A stretch of DNA of 64,000 nucleotides from an uncultured delta proteobacterium. Its GTDB lineage: Bacteria > Desulfobacterota > Binatia > UBA9968. This document shows positions 1-10,112 of this stretch, piece after piece (within the stretch, counting starts at the first letter, position 1; the number at the start of each line of letters is the position of its first letter). The stretch is from the NCBI GenBank assembly GCA_963816145.1, contig CAWFJP010000030.1, positions 556,956-620,955 on the forward strand, read 5' to 3'. The notes beneath the pieces were generated by a model. It was not told the DNA's origin. It ran no database searches and saw nothing but the letters and a program-made list of their open reading frames with translations. A program made the position numbers and the translations under genes.

Positions 1-313
1 GCATGTCGGTGCGCTCGACCAACCAGGCGAAGATAAACCCTAGCGGCACCGCCACCGCGATGGTCACCGCGGAAAAATAGAGAGTCGTCCACATTACCTT
101 GTAGGTGTAAGGATCGGCGAGGATCGCCGCATAGTTCCTGAGCGAATAATCCGACGCCTGCCCCGGCACGCCGGTGCGCAGGCTCATCCAGATGATCATC
201 CCCAAAAGCAGCAGAATGGAAAGCGCCGCAACCCCCGCGACCGCTACCAGCGACAACTGCGACCAGTTGATATTCGTGCCGCGGGGCTCGGGCATGAGGA
301 CTTGAGTGGACAT
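1..313 (-). CDS. Fe3+/thiamine-type ABC transporter permease (FbpB-like), N-terminal part; runs off the window
   Basis: Manual translation from ATG at 313: MSTQVLMPEPRGTNINWSQLSLVAVAGVAALSILLLLGMIIWMSLR...YSLRNYAAILADPYTYKVMWTTLYFSAVTIAVAVPLGFIFAWLVERTDM, typical permease TM1-2 with WLVERTD motif; downstream of SBP genes. Confidence 0.85.
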   Translation of the reverse strand, partial: MSTQVLMPEPRGTNINWSQLSLVAVAGVAALSILLLLGMIIWMSLRTGVPGQASDYSLRNYAAILADPYTYKVMWTTLYFSAVTIAVAVPLGFIFAWLVERTDM

Positions 314-350
314 GAAGACCTTGTTTTTTCGCTAAGGAGAAATTTGCTCT

Positions 351-419
351 CGTCATTCCCGCGAAAGCGGGGAATCCAGGCTTCGCAACGGATGGATACC
401 GGTTCTCACCGGTATGACG
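351..419. repeat. REP-like palindromic element (GTCATTCCCGCGAAAGCGGG(G)AATCCA...TGGATACCGG...CCGGTATGAC)
   Basis: Two internally palindromic units in inverted orientation with GTCAT/ATGAC termini, intergenic. Confidence 0.7.
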
Positions 420-476
420 GATCAATGGAATGGCAACTGCCAGTCGACTCAAAGCGCATTCGTGACCGACACTCCA

Positions 477-1520
477 TCACTTCAACATGATCTTGTTTAG
501 CTCTTCCTCGAGCCCGGCATCGGCCTTGAGAAACACCTCGCTCAATTGTTTGGGATCCTGCAGCTTGATCTTGTTGGTCTTGACGTATTTCGCCAAAATC
601 GTCCCCTCGACCAGATGGGAGCTGCGATAGTCCTGCTTCTCCAGCACGCTTTGCGCCTCGCGGGTGGTCATAAAAGCAATGAAAAGTTTGGCCATGTTGG
701 GATGCACGGAGTTCTTCGGCACGCCCAGCTGATAATAGGATGAAGTCGCAGGAGATGAACCCGCCAAGCCGACCAGCGGCGCGTTTTTGGCTTGCCATTT
801 CCACATCGCCTCCAGCGGCCCGCCGGTGCTCGCCATGATCGGAAACTCGCCGCTGACGATGCGCTCTTCTTCACCCTGGCGCAGCCGGCCGCCCGCAAGC
901 GGCGCCAATTTACGTGCGAAGTTGAGCACTTTCTCCTTGCCCCACATCGGCGTCAGACGGATCAACCAGTGAATATACGCCGGAATCGCCATTTTCCCGG
1001 CCCAAGCCGGCGATAGCGCCGGATCGATCAAATCTTCGTAGCCTTTCGGCGCTTTATCTTTGGCAATCGCATTGGAGTTATAAATGATGCCGTGAAACGA
1101 CGAATACACCAGCAACGACTCCTGCGGGGTAATTTCCATCTCCTTGGTCACCCAGGGAAAGATTGCCGCCCAATTGATCTTCTCCAGCGCCTTCTCCTCT
1201 TGCATATCCGCAAACGTGCCGTCGGAGCCGAGATACATATCGGTGGACGATTTCGAACCCGCCTTCTGCTCGGTGATAATCCGCGCCGCCATCTGCGGAA
1301 AGCTGGGCCCGCCGCTCAAATTCAGTTTGGCCTTGAAGCCATAGCGCTTGGCGAACAGCGCTTCGAGTTCGGCAAAACCCTTCTTGCCGCCGAAGGTCGA
1401 CGTGCTCGCGACCAGCGTGACCTCGCCTTCCTTCTTCGCCTCGGCGACGATCTGCTCGAGCTTCTGCGCCTGCGCGAGCGGCGGTAAAAGTAACAAAATA
1501 GCAAGTATGAGTTTCAGCAC
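477..1520 (-). CDS. ABC transporter extracellular solute-binding protein (Fe3+/thiamine-like family)
   Basis: Signal peptide VLKLILAILLLLPPLAQA, then AEAKKEGEVTL...IIYNSN...APKGYEDLIDP...HPNMAKLFIAF; GTG at 1520 has AGGAG upstream (ORF-track start 1628 runs into repeat DNA). Confidence 0.85.
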   Translation of the reverse strand: MLKLILAILLLLPPLAQAQKLEQIVAEAKKEGEVTLVASTSTFGGKKGFAELEALFAKRYGFKAKLNLSGGPSFPQMAARIITEQKAGSKSSTDMYLGSDGTFADMQEEKALEKINWAAIFPWVTKEMEITPQESLLVYSSFHGIIYNSNAIAKDKAPKGYEDLIDPALSPAWAGKMAIPAYIHWLIRLTPMWGKEKVLNFARKLAPLAGGRLRQGEEERIVSGEFPIMASTGGPLEAMWKWQAKNAPLVGLAGSSPATSSYYQLGVPKNSVHPNMAKLFIAFMTTREAQSVLEKQDYRSSHLVEGTILAKYVKTNKIKLQDPKQLSEVFLKADAGLEEELNKIMLK

Positions 1521-1596
1521 AGCATGACTCCTTCTGGAGTGAGACGATAAAGGTCGAGAATGGAAGATAGAGCATGGCAAGACACAAGAACGATCC

Positions 1597-1629
1597 GTCA
1601 TTTTCAATTCTCCATTATCCATTATCAAT
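1597..1629. repeat. Degenerate 7-nt tandem repeat (CATTTTC/AATTCTC/CATTATC)
   Basis: tcattttcaattctccattatccattatcaatt; near-identical tract at 6898-6921. Confidence 0.55.
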
Positions 1630-2756
1630 TAGTTGAGCGCTTCCACCGCATCGCGACTCGAATCGAATGTAATTGCACCGTCGGCATGGCGCATCACGCC
1701 GACCGGGTCTTTGCCTTGCGCCACCGCGTCGATGGAGTCGCGGATCATTTTGCGCAGCATAAGAATCCCTTGGTCGGAGCTCGCCAGATGCTCTTTGGTC
1801 CGGTCGGCGATCACACCCTGGGTTTCCTGGGCGACCCGATCCTGCTCGCGATTGGGTAGATTCCACCAGCTGTCCTGCACCCTTGTGTACACGCCCGGTT
1901 CGCTCTTGCGAAAGCCTTTCACCCGCAGCGGCTCAGGCCGCGTCGGCTTGCCGTCCTTGTGTGGGTAGAAGTCGATATAGAAAGTATTGGTCGTGTAATC
2001 GTCCTTGGGCACACGGAAGCGGATCACCTGGCGCGGTTGCTCATCGACGCGCGCAGCTGAGTGGCGCACATGGGAGGGAAATACGAAATGCGAGATGCGC
2101 GGCTTGGCGACACCCTCGACCCAGGTGGTTTCCTTGAGGCCGAAGGGCGTCGGCTCCCATTTGATCGTCGGCCGCTTCATCGCCATGTTGGGATAGCCGG
2201 CGGCATGGAGCGCGATCGAGTGCGCGCCGTCCGCGGAGTTCTCGGCGCGCTGCAGCCAATTGCAGAACTCCTCGCCGCCGCCGACCACCCGGCTGCCGTC
2301 GTCGCGCACCAGCAAATCGTACGGTGGCAACAACGGCGCCGGTTCGGGGCCGATGTAAGCGAAGATCAAGCCGCCGGCGTCCTGGGCATGGTAGGCTGGA
2401 TGCTTCACGCGCTCTTTGAACCTGCTATCGGCCGGCTCGGCGGGTTGATCCAGGCAGTTGCCGCGCGCATCCCAAAGCCAGCCGTGATAGCAGCAACGGA
2501 TGCCGTTGTCCTCGACTCTGCCGTACTCCAACGACGTGCCGCGATGCGAGCAGTGCAGCGCCACCAAGCCCAGCCTGCCGCTGCCATCGCGAAATAAGAC
2601 AAAATCTTCGGCCAGCAACGTCACCTTGGTCGGCGCCGCCTTCGCCTGCACCTGATCCGAAAACGCCACCGGCCACCAATAACAGCGCAACATCTCCCCC
2701 GCCGGCTTCCCTGGGCCGACGCGGGTCATGAGTTCATTTTCTTCAGCAGTCAACAT
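1629..2756 (-). CDS. Rieske non-heme iron oxygenase, phthalate 4,5-dioxygenase-like alpha subunit
   Basis: Rieske motif CSHRGTSL...CCYHGW; mononuclear Fe motif ENSADGAHSIALH and QDRVAQE; N-terminal MLTAEENELMTRVGPGKPAGEMLR. Confidence 0.9.
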   Translation of the reverse strand: MLTAEENELMTRVGPGKPAGEMLRCYWWPVAFSDQVQAKAAPTKVTLLAEDFVLFRDGSGRLGLVALHCSHRGTSLEYGRVEDNGIRCCYHGWLWDARGNCLDQPAEPADSRFKERVKHPAYHAQDAGGLIFAYIGPEPAPLLPPYDLLVRDDGSRVVGGGEEFCNWLQRAENSADGAHSIALHAAGYPNMAMKRPTIKWEPTPFGLKETTWVEGVAKPRISHFVFPSHVRHSAARVDEQPRQVIRFRVPKDDYTTNTFYIDFYPHKDGKPTRPEPLRVKGFRKSEPGVYTRVQDSWWNLPNREQDRVAQETQGVIADRTKEHLASSDQGILMLRKMIRDSIDAVAQGKDPVGVMRHADGAITFDSSRDAVEALN

Positions 2757-2772
2757 ATCAATGATCCTTCAA

Positions 2773-2856
2773 GGTTGAAGTATGAAGGATAAGGGCTGAA
2801 GTAAGAACGAAAACCATCGGAATCTTATTTCATCCTTCATCCTTCCGCCTTCATCC
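2773..2856. repeat. Imperfect inverted repeat built from 7-nt GATGAAG-like units
   Basis: ggttgaag-tatgaag-gataagg-gctgaag-taaga ... tctta-tttcatc-cttcatc-cttccgc-cttcatcc. Confidence 0.65.
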
Positions 2857-3924
2857 CTATTGCTTTAGCATCTTCGTCAACTCTTCTTTAAATTCCAAGC
2901 CGCTATCCTCGCCTTGCAGGTAGAAATTGATCGAATCCTGCGCATCCTGCAATTGCAAGCGATTCTGCTTCAAATACTTGTTCATGATCGTGCCTTCAAC
3001 CAGATGCGAAGTGCGGAAATCTTGTTTTTCCAGGATCGCCTGGGCCTCTTTCGACGCCATGAAGCCGGTGAACAGCTTCGCCAAATTTGGATGCGCCGAG
3101 TTGCGCGGCACTGCCAGCTGGAAATAGGACGGCAGCACCGGCGTCGAGCCCATCACCGCCACCAGCGGCGCGCCCTTGGCCTGCCACTGCCACATCTGTT
3201 CGGTGGCGCCGCCCATGTTCGCCGCGATGGGAAATTCGCCGCTGACCACCCGCTCCTCTTCGCTGTAGCGCAGCCGGCCGCCGCTCAGCGCAACGAGTTT
3301 CTTGGTAAAGCTTTTGACCTTGTCCTCACTCCAGATCATCGACAACTCGACCAACCAGGATACATAGGGCGGGATCGCCAGCTTGCCCGCCCAAGCCGGG
3401 CTCAACTTCGGATCGACCAGATCTTCGTAACTCTTCGGCGCTTTATCCTTGGGGATCACTTTCGAGTTGTAAATCATCCCGCGCAACGAAGTGAAAATTA
3501 GGACACCTTCATTGGGAAAAATCTCCATCGGCTTGGTGATCCACGGAAATATCCCGGAGTAATTGACCTGCTCCAGCGCCTTTTCCTTGTGCAAGAGCGA
3601 CACATGCGACTGCGACCCGTGATAAATATCGCTCGACGCCTTGCTGCCGTTTTTCAGTTCAGTTATCGTCCGCGCCGCCATCGAGTTCATCTCGGGTCCC
3701 GCGGCAAAACGGATCTTCATATTGAGACCGAAGCGCTTGTTGAACGCCGCTTCGAGCAGATTCAAAGTCTTCTGCCCGCCAAACGTCTGCGCCCCGGCAA
3801 TGAAAGTCAGCTCCGACTCCTTCTTCGCCCCCGCGATCAACTGCTCCAAAGTCTCCGCCGCGACGGCCGAATGAACTGAAAGCAGCACCACCAAGCCAAC
3901 GATAATTTTGGCACAAACTCTCAT
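2857..3924 (-). CDS. ABC transporter extracellular solute-binding protein (paralog of 477-1520)
   Basis: ATG at 3924 with GGGAG upstream; signal peptide MRVCAKIIVGLVVLLSVHSAVAA; shares KDKAPKxYEDLxDPxLSPAWAGK and GGRLR..EEER.VSGEFPI with the first SBP. Confidence 0.88.
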   Translation of the reverse strand: MRVCAKIIVGLVVLLSVHSAVAAETLEQLIAGAKKESELTFIAGAQTFGGQKTLNLLEAAFNKRFGLNMKIRFAAGPEMNSMAARTITELKNGSKASSDIYHGSQSHVSLLHKEKALEQVNYSGIFPWITKPMEIFPNEGVLIFTSLRGMIYNSKVIPKDKAPKSYEDLVDPKLSPAWAGKLAIPPYVSWLVELSMIWSEDKVKSFTKKLVALSGGRLRYSEEERVVSGEFPIAANMGGATEQMWQWQAKGAPLVAVMGSTPVLPSYFQLAVPRNSAHPNLAKLFTGFMASKEAQAILEKQDFRTSHLVEGTIMNKYLKQNRLQLQDAQDSINFYLQGEDSGLEFKEELTKMLKQ

Positions 3925-3943
3925 CGCACTCTCCCATCCGAGC

Positions 3944-4026
3944 AACGTTGAACCTTGAACGCTTGAACCTTTGAACGAATCCGATCCCCTGGAACGTTTG
4001 CAACACCTGGAACCCTTGGAACGTTT
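3944..4026. repeat. Degenerate 7-9 nt tandem repeats (TTGAACC / TGGAACG)
   Basis: ttgaaccttgaacgcttgaacctttgaacg ... ctggaacgtttgcaacacctggaacccttggaacgt. Confidence 0.55.
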
Positions 4027-4028
4027 TA

Positions 4029-5177
4029 TTAGTCCAACAGTTCTTCCCTCGGCTCCAACCGTATCAGCACATTCTTCGCCGGATCGCGCACGACCGCCAG
4101 CGGATCGCGCCCTTGCTTGATCGCCTCCATACCGTCCTTGTAGATTTTCCGAAGTAGAATGACGCCTTTGTCCGTCGTGACCAGATGTTCGGTGGTGCGG
4201 TCGAAGATCACGCCCTGGCTCTCCTGCGCGGCGCGGTCCTGGTCTTCGCGGGCGAGCCAGCCGATCTCGTCGTCCCAGCGATACTTTCCGAAAACCGTAT
4301 CTTGCACGCCTTCCGCCGAGCGGTCTTTCATCAGCTTCGAAGTAATCTTGCCGTCGACCTCGTTGGCGAACTCGACGGTGTAATGGATCGTGCTGGTATC
4401 GTCCATCGGCACGCGCCAGCGCATGACTTCGCAGGAACTGCTGGCGCGGTGCTCGGTCGGATGGCCCTCTTCGACGTTGCCGGTCTTGTTGATCGTCGGC
4501 ATGACGAAAAAATTCACATGCGCCCAATTTTTGCCGGCGACCCGCCGCGTGTAGGTGTTGAGAACGCCATGCTCGAAGATTTGCGGATTGATTTCGCCTT
4601 CTTCCCAGGTCGGCGTTGTCAGGCCGCGGTGCAGCCACTTCAAATGGTTTTGATCCACCGAGTTTTCGATCATTTGAAAAAAATTACAGTTGACGATACG
4701 CGCGCGCATCGCCCGCTGGCCATCCTGGCGCGCCAGAACATCATAGCGCGGCAACAACGGCGCCGGCTCCGGTCCCATGTAGACGAACAACACACCGCCC
4801 AACTCTTGAACTTTATAAGAAGGCTGCCGCACCCGCTCCTTGAACGTGCTCGCCGGCCCTTCGCCAGGCGTCTCCAGCACCTTGCCTTCGACGTCAAACA
4901 GCCAGCCGTGGTAACAACAACGCAACCCGCCGCTCTCGATATGGCCGAACTCAAGTGAAGTGCCGCGATGCATGCAGCGCAGCGCCAGCACGCCAAACTT
5001 GCCAAACTCGTCCTTGAACAACACCACATCCTCGCCAAGAACCCGCTTCTTCTTCGGCTTGCCCTGCAACTCATTGGCAAACCCGATCGGCTGCCAATAG
5101 CGTCGCAACAACTCCCCCGCAGGCTTGCCCGGCCCTACCTGCGTGTACATGTCGTTTTCTTCTTTACTCAGTGCCAT
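4029..5177 (-). CDS. Rieske non-heme iron oxygenase alpha subunit (paralog of 1629-2756)
   Basis: CMHRGTSL...CCYHGW; ENSVDQNHLKWLH; QDRAAQESQG. Confidence 0.9.
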   Translation of the reverse strand: MALSKEENDMYTQVGPGKPAGELLRRYWQPIGFANELQGKPKKKRVLGEDVVLFKDEFGKFGVLALRCMHRGTSLEFGHIESGGLRCCYHGWLFDVEGKVLETPGEGPASTFKERVRQPSYKVQELGGVLFVYMGPEPAPLLPRYDVLARQDGQRAMRARIVNCNFFQMIENSVDQNHLKWLHRGLTTPTWEEGEINPQIFEHGVLNTYTRRVAGKNWAHVNFFVMPTINKTGNVEEGHPTEHRASSSCEVMRWRVPMDDTSTIHYTVEFANEVDGKITSKLMKDRSAEGVQDTVFGKYRWDDEIGWLAREDQDRAAQESQGVIFDRTTEHLVTTDKGVILLRKIYKDGMEAIKQGRDPLAVVRDPAKNVLIRLEPREELLD

Positions 5178-5512
5178 AACCCTGTCCTTATGTTATTAGA
5201 ATCATTCGCGTTTGTTTCATCACGAATATCCGAGTCGCAGCGAAGGTGTCAAGCAAAGCATTGCCGCCGGATCGCTCGAAGCAGGATCGCTTCGGAAAGA
5301 TGTTTAGTTTTCCGCTATTTCTTTTCTAGGCTTTTATGGGCGAACTGTCGACGAGATTTCGGTTCGAAGTGTCATTTAACCCATTGCTAGTGCCAAGAAT
5401 TCTTATGGTCCTCCGCCATCACCTTGTGACTCACCACTCCGCGGCATCAAGCTAGACAACGCTAAGTTCCAAGTTGAATTCGCACCCACCCTGTGCAAAT
5501 CTTTGATTACTC

Positions 5513-6898
5513 ATGGCCGACCAAACCGCGACATTATTGCGTGAGCTTCCATCCATCGATCGCCTGCTCAATCATGCGCGCTGCGCTGCGCTGCTGACGC
5601 GATACAATCGCGATTACGTGACGCAGAAGTGCCGCGGGGCGTTGGATCACCTGCGCGCGAATATCCGCCAAGGCAAAGGCCAACTCCTGAGTGACGACAC
5701 CATCCTCGACCAAATCGAGGCGCAGATCGAACTGGAAAGCCGGCCCGGCCATATCCGCGTCGTCAACGCCACCGGAACCATCCTGCATACCAATCTCGGT
5801 CGCGCCCTGCTGTCGCAGGCGGCCATCGACGCCATGGTCGCGGTAGCCGGCACGCCGATCAATTTGGAATACGATCTCGCCGCCGGCAAACGCGGCAAAC
5901 GCGAAGAAACCTTAGAGCAATTGCTGGTCGATCTCACCGGCGCAGAAGCAGCGACCGTGGTCAATAACAACGCCGCCGCCGTGCTATTGGCGCTGAATTC
6001 ATTGGCCCAAGGCAAGGAAGTCATCGTCTCGCGCGGCGAACTGATCGAAATCGGCGGCGCATTTAGAATTCCCGAGATCATGGCCAAGAGCGGTGCGATT
6101 CTGCGCGAGGTCGGCGCGACCAACAGAACCCATCCGGCGGATTACGAAAACGCCATCAACGAAAACACCGCCCTGCTGCTCAAAGTCCACACCAGCAACT
6201 ACAAGGTCGTCGGCTTCACCGCCGACGTGGCGCTCGAGCAAATGGTCGCAATCGGCAGGAAACATAATCTGCCGGTGATGGAAGACTTGGGCAGCGGCGC
6301 GTTGATCGACCTGAGCAAATTCGGCCTGCCCAAAGAGCCGCTGGTCGGCGAAAGAATCGCCGCCGGCGCCGATGTCGTCACTTTCAGCGGCGACAAGATT
6401 CTCGGCGGCCCGCAAGCGGGATTGATAGTCGGCAAAAAAGATCTTATCGGCAAGATGAGCAAGAATCATCTGCAACGCGCGCTCCGCTGCGGCAAGTTGA
6501 CGCTCGCCGCTTTGGAAGCGACGCTGCGCCGCTATCGCCAATCGCCGAACATCGTCGAAGAAATTCCAACCCTGCGAGCGTTCACCCGGTCGGTAGAAGA
6601 AGTCCGGGCAATGGGCCAGTCATTGCTACCGCAACTAGAAATCGCACTCGGCAAAGATTTTCTCCTATCGCTGCAAGACTCGACCTCGCAGATCGGCAGC
6701 GGCGCCATGCCAACTGAAGAACTGCCGACGGTCGTGATCACCATCGAAAACTCAAAACTAAGCGCCAACGCCATCGCAAAACGATTTAGACAAGCGAATC
6801 CGCCAATCATCGGCAGAATCAAAGACGACCAATTTCTCTTAGACCTAAGAACGATCTTCGACGCCGAAGACCTAGTGCCAAACCTCCGATCCGAATAA
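5513..6898 (+). CDS. selA: L-seryl-tRNA(Sec) selenium transferase
   Basis: VVNATGTILHTNLGRA, VNNNAAAV, SRGELIEIGGAFRIP, PLP-lysine motif FSGDKILGGPQAG. Confidence 0.97.
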   Translation: MADQTATLLRELPSIDRLLNHARCAALLTRYNRDYVTQKCRGALDHLRANIRQGKGQLLSDDTILDQIEAQIELESRPGHIRVVNATGTILHTNLGRALLSQAAIDAMVAVAGTPINLEYDLAAGKRGKREETLEQLLVDLTGAEAATVVNNNAAAVLLALNSLAQGKEVIVSRGELIEIGGAFRIPEIMAKSGAILREVGATNRTHPADYENAINENTALLLKVHTSNYKVVGFTADVALEQMVAIGRKHNLPVMEDLGSGALIDLSKFGLPKEPLVGERIAAGADVVTFSGDKILGGPQAGLIVGKKDLIGKMSKNHLQRALRCGKLTLAALEATLRRYRQSPNIVEEIPTLRAFTRSVEEVRAMGQSLLPQLEIALGKDFLLSLQDSTSQIGSGAMPTEELPTVVITIENSKLSANAIAKRFRQANPPIIGRIKDDQFLLDLRTIFDAEDLVPNLRSE

Positions 6899-6931
6899 TT
6901 TTCCATTCTCCATTATCAATTAATTAACCCC

Positions 6932-8860
6932 ATGCCCTACATCATCGGCACCGCCGGCCACATCGACCATGGCAAAACCAGCCTGATCAAAGCGCTCACC
7001 GGCACCGACACCGACAGATTGAAGGAAGAAAAAGAGCGCGGCATCTCCATCGATCTAGGCTTCGCCCATCTCGACCTGCCGGATGGTACTTCGGCTGGCA
7101 TCGTCGACGTTCCCGGCCACGAGCGCTTTATCAAAAACATGCTCGCCGGCGCCCACGGCATCGATCTGGTGCTATTCACCGTCGCCGCCGACGACGGCGT
7201 CATGCCGCAGACCGAAGAGCATCTCGACATCGTTCATTTGCTCGGCATCAAGATGGCGATCTTCGTCATCACCAAGGCCGATCTCGCGCCGGCGCGCATC
7301 GCCGACGTCGAAGAAGAGATCGACATCCTCACCCTCGGCACGAGTCTCGAAAACTCACCCAAGATCGCGGTGTCATCGGTGACCGGCCAAGGCCTTGAAG
7401 AGCTCAAGCAGCTGATCTCCAAGACGTTGAAATCCGCCGATCACGCCGCGCCGTCCGGCTATTTTCGCCTGCCGGTGGACCGCGCTTTCGTCCTGCAAGG
7501 CCATGGTGTCGTGGTCACCGGCACTTCGCTCTCCGGCGAGATCAAAGTCGGTGAGCAGGTGCGCTGCTTGCCCGGCGACAATTTGTTCCGCGTGCGCAGC
7601 TTGCAGGTGCATGGCCAATCGGTTGAGCGCGCTGTCTGGGGCCAGCGCGTCGCGATGAATTTGACCGGCCCCGAGCGCGCCTCCATCGAGCGCGGCCAGG
7701 TCATTTGCCACGAGAAGCTGGCGCTCACTTCGAATCGCTTCGACGCCTTTTTGGAAGTGCGGCCGGCGGCGGCCAAGGGCATCAAGAACCATCAGCGCCT
7801 GCGCATTCACATGGGCGCCGCCGAGCGCCTCGGCAAGATCGTCCTGCTCGGCGACAAGGACAAGGCCGAGCCCAAAGAGTCGGTGTATTGCCAGATTACC
7901 CTCGAAGAACCGCTGCTGGTTCTGCGTGGCGACCGCTTCGTCGCCCGCGACGAAACGGCACAACGCACCCTCGGCGGCGGCACCGTCATCCACCCCTGGG
8001 CCAAACGGCACAAGCGCGGCGAAGCCAACTTGCTCGATCGGCTCAAAGCGCTCCACACCGGTGATTTCGCGCAATTAGTTGAAGAGTTCTTGAACGACAG
8101 CGGCGACTTCGCAATCGCCATCGACGCGATTTATCAGTTCTTGAACCTGCGCGAGGAAGAATCCCGGCAAAAAGTCGACGCTTTGAAATCCCTGCGCGCG
8201 GTCAACGCAGAGGGCGAAAAAGTCTACACCACCGAGTTGAAATGGAGCCGGCTCAAGGAGCGGCTGCTCAAGAGCCTCAAGGAATTCCACGCCGCCCATC
8301 CGTTGGTCCCGGGCATGGACATGGAGGAGCTGCGCGGCAAGCTCGGTTACAAGCTTTCGCCGAAAATCTTTCGCGTCGTCGTCGACCTGTTCAGCAAAGA
8401 GAAGTTGATCGCCAAAGAAGAAAATCTCTTGCGCTTGGCGAGCCACCAGGTCCAGCTCGGCGGCCAAGAAAAAGTCTTGATGGAAAAGATCAAAAAGGTT
8501 CTCGGCGAGCAGCCCTTGGCGCCGCCCGATTTGAAGGAAGTCGAAAAGCAAGCCGGCGTGCCGCGCAATCGTTTGAGCGAAGTCATTCGACTGCTGGAAC
8601 GCGAAGGCGCGGTCGTGCGCATCACCACCGACATGTATTTCCTCGCTTCGAGCATCGAACAACTGCGCGCGACCTTGGTGCAATTTTTGACCGACAAGGG
8701 CGAGATGAACGCCGCCGCTTTTCGCGATCTGATCGGCTCGAGCCGCAAGTACACGATTCCTTTGTTGGAATACTTCGACCGCGTCGGCCTGACCATCCGC
8801 ATCGGCGACATCCGCAAGCTCAAAGTGCCTCTCGCCGCGGTAAAATCGCCGCTACGTTGA
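6932..8860 (+). CDS. selB: Selenocysteine-specific translation elongation factor
   Basis: [33 protein letters not shown]; C-terminal SECIS-binding [13 protein letters not shown]. Confidence 0.97.
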   Translation: MPYIIGTAGHIDHGKTSLIKALTGTDTDRLKEEKERGISIDLGFAHLDLPDGTSAGIVDVPGHERFIKNMLAGAHGIDLVLFTVAADDGVMPQTEEHLDIVHLLGIKMAIFVITKADLAPARIADVEEEIDILTLGTSLENSPKIAVSSVTGQGLEELKQLISKTLKSADHAAPSGYFRLPVDRAFVLQGHGVVVTGTSLSGEIKVGEQVRCLPGDNLFRVRSLQVHGQSVERAVWGQRVAMNLTGPERASIERGQVICHEKLALTSNRFDAFLEVRPAAAKGIKNHQRLRIHMGAAERLGKIVLLGDKDKAEPKESVYCQITLEEPLLVLRGDRFVARDETAQRTLGGGTVIHPWAKRHKRGEANLLDRLKALHTGDFAQLVEEFLNDSGDFAIAIDAIYQFLNLREEESRQKVDALKSLRAVNAEGEKVYTTELKWSRLKERLLKSLKEFHAAHPLVPGMDMEELRGKLGYKLSPKIFRVVVDLFSKEKLIAKEENLLRLASHQVQLGGQEKVLMEKIKKVLGEQPLAPPDLKEVEKQAGVPRNRLSEVIRLLEREGAVVRITTDMYFLASSIEQLRATLVQFLTDKGEMNAAAFRDLIGSSRKYTIPLLEYFDRVGLTIRIGDIRKLKVPLAAVKSPLR

Positions 8861-8894
8861 ATTCCTCAGACAATCGAATTAAAGTCTCCTGGCT

Positions 8895-9950
8895 ATGATG
8901 TTAGGGAAAAAGAAAGCCGTGCGCTTGACGCAAGAGGTCAAAGCCGCGGGTTGAGCTGCCAAGCTCGGTCCGGGTGACCTGGCGCAAATCTTACACGACT
9001 TACCGAAGTTCAACGATCCCAACATGCTGGTCGGCACTGAAACCGCCGACGACGCAGGGGTGTACCGTTTACGCCCCGACCTGGCAATCGTCAATACCGT
9101 GGACTTCTTCACGCCCATCGTCGACGATCCTTACCTGTTCGGGCAGATTTCCGCGACTAACTCGCTGAGCGACGTCTACGCCATGGGCGGCGATCCCAAG
9201 ACCTGCATGAACATCGTCTGCTTTCCCAAAGGCAAGATGGATATTTCCATCCTGGGCGAGATCCTCAAGGGCGGCGCCGATAAGGTCAAAGAGACCGGCG
9301 CTGTAATCATCGGCGGCCATAGCATTATCGATGAAGAGATTAAATACGGCATGGCGGTCACCGGAGTCATCCATCCGGACAAAATTTTTCGCAACGTCGG
9401 CGTCCAAGAAGGCGACGTATTGATTTTGACCAAACCACTAGGCACCGGTATCATCACCACAGCGCTCAAACGCGGTAAGGCATCCGCCGAAAGCATCGCG
9501 CAAGCCGTAACCTCGATGACCACCCTCAATGCTGCCGCTTCATTCGTCGCGCGTAAATTTCCGGTCCACGCGGTTTCCGATGTCACCGGCTTCGGGGTCC
9601 TGGGCCATGCCCAGGAGATGGCCAGCGGCAGCGGCGTTACACTGATTCTGGAGTCGGCAAAGCTACCGCTGCTCAGAAGCGCCGTGCGGCTCGCCGAAAA
9701 GGGCTACATCACCGGCGGCTGCAAGCGCAACAAAGATTATCTCGACGATAAAATGGTAATCGAAAAGAGCGTCAGCGAAGGTCTGGCCGAAGTCGCCCTC
9801 GACCCTCAGACCTCCGGCGGCCTGCTCATCGCCATCGGTAAGAGACATGCCGCCAAATTGATCGACGACCTGCACGCCGCCGGCGTCACCGCCGCCTGCG
9901 AAATCGGATACGCGACCTCACAGCAGAAGCCCTGGGTGCGCCTGGTTTGA
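8895..9950 (+). CDS. selD: Selenide, water dikinase; selenoprotein (Sec at UGA 8952-8954)
   Basis: ATG 8895 is in frame with the 9024 ORF: MMLGKKKAVRLTQEVKAAG-U-AAKLGPGDL...ADDAGVY...TVDFFTP...DVTGFG...DPQTSGGLL; UGA falls at the catalytic Cys/Sec of the G-U/C-x-x-K motif. Confidence 0.95.
8955..8985 (+). promoter_or_regulatory. Bacterial SECIS element in selD
   Basis: Hairpin directly 3' of the UGA: gcca-(agctc)-ggtc-cgggt-gacc-tggc, G-rich apical loop. Confidence 0.75.
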
Positions 9951-10112
9951 TAGCCACGGCTGCTCGACTCCGTTAAAATCGAACTTCCATTGGTTACGAT
10001 TGCTGAACCCGGCGCAGGCAAGTGCGCCGCTCTTCGCGAGAATCTGGCCGCCAACGGTTGACTACCGAAACAAGTAAATTCACCGGCCATCTGCTAAACT
10101 GAGCCCATCCTC

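Noticed and set aside
2773-4026. CRISPR array in the short intergenic repeats
   Set aside because: Units are 7-9 nt, degenerate and without unique spacers; no cas genes.
3925-4638. N-terminal 237 aa of the 593-aa ORF 2857..4638
   Set aside because: Off-frame overlap with the Rieske gene and a repeat tract; the real SBP starts at 3924 with RBS and signal peptide.
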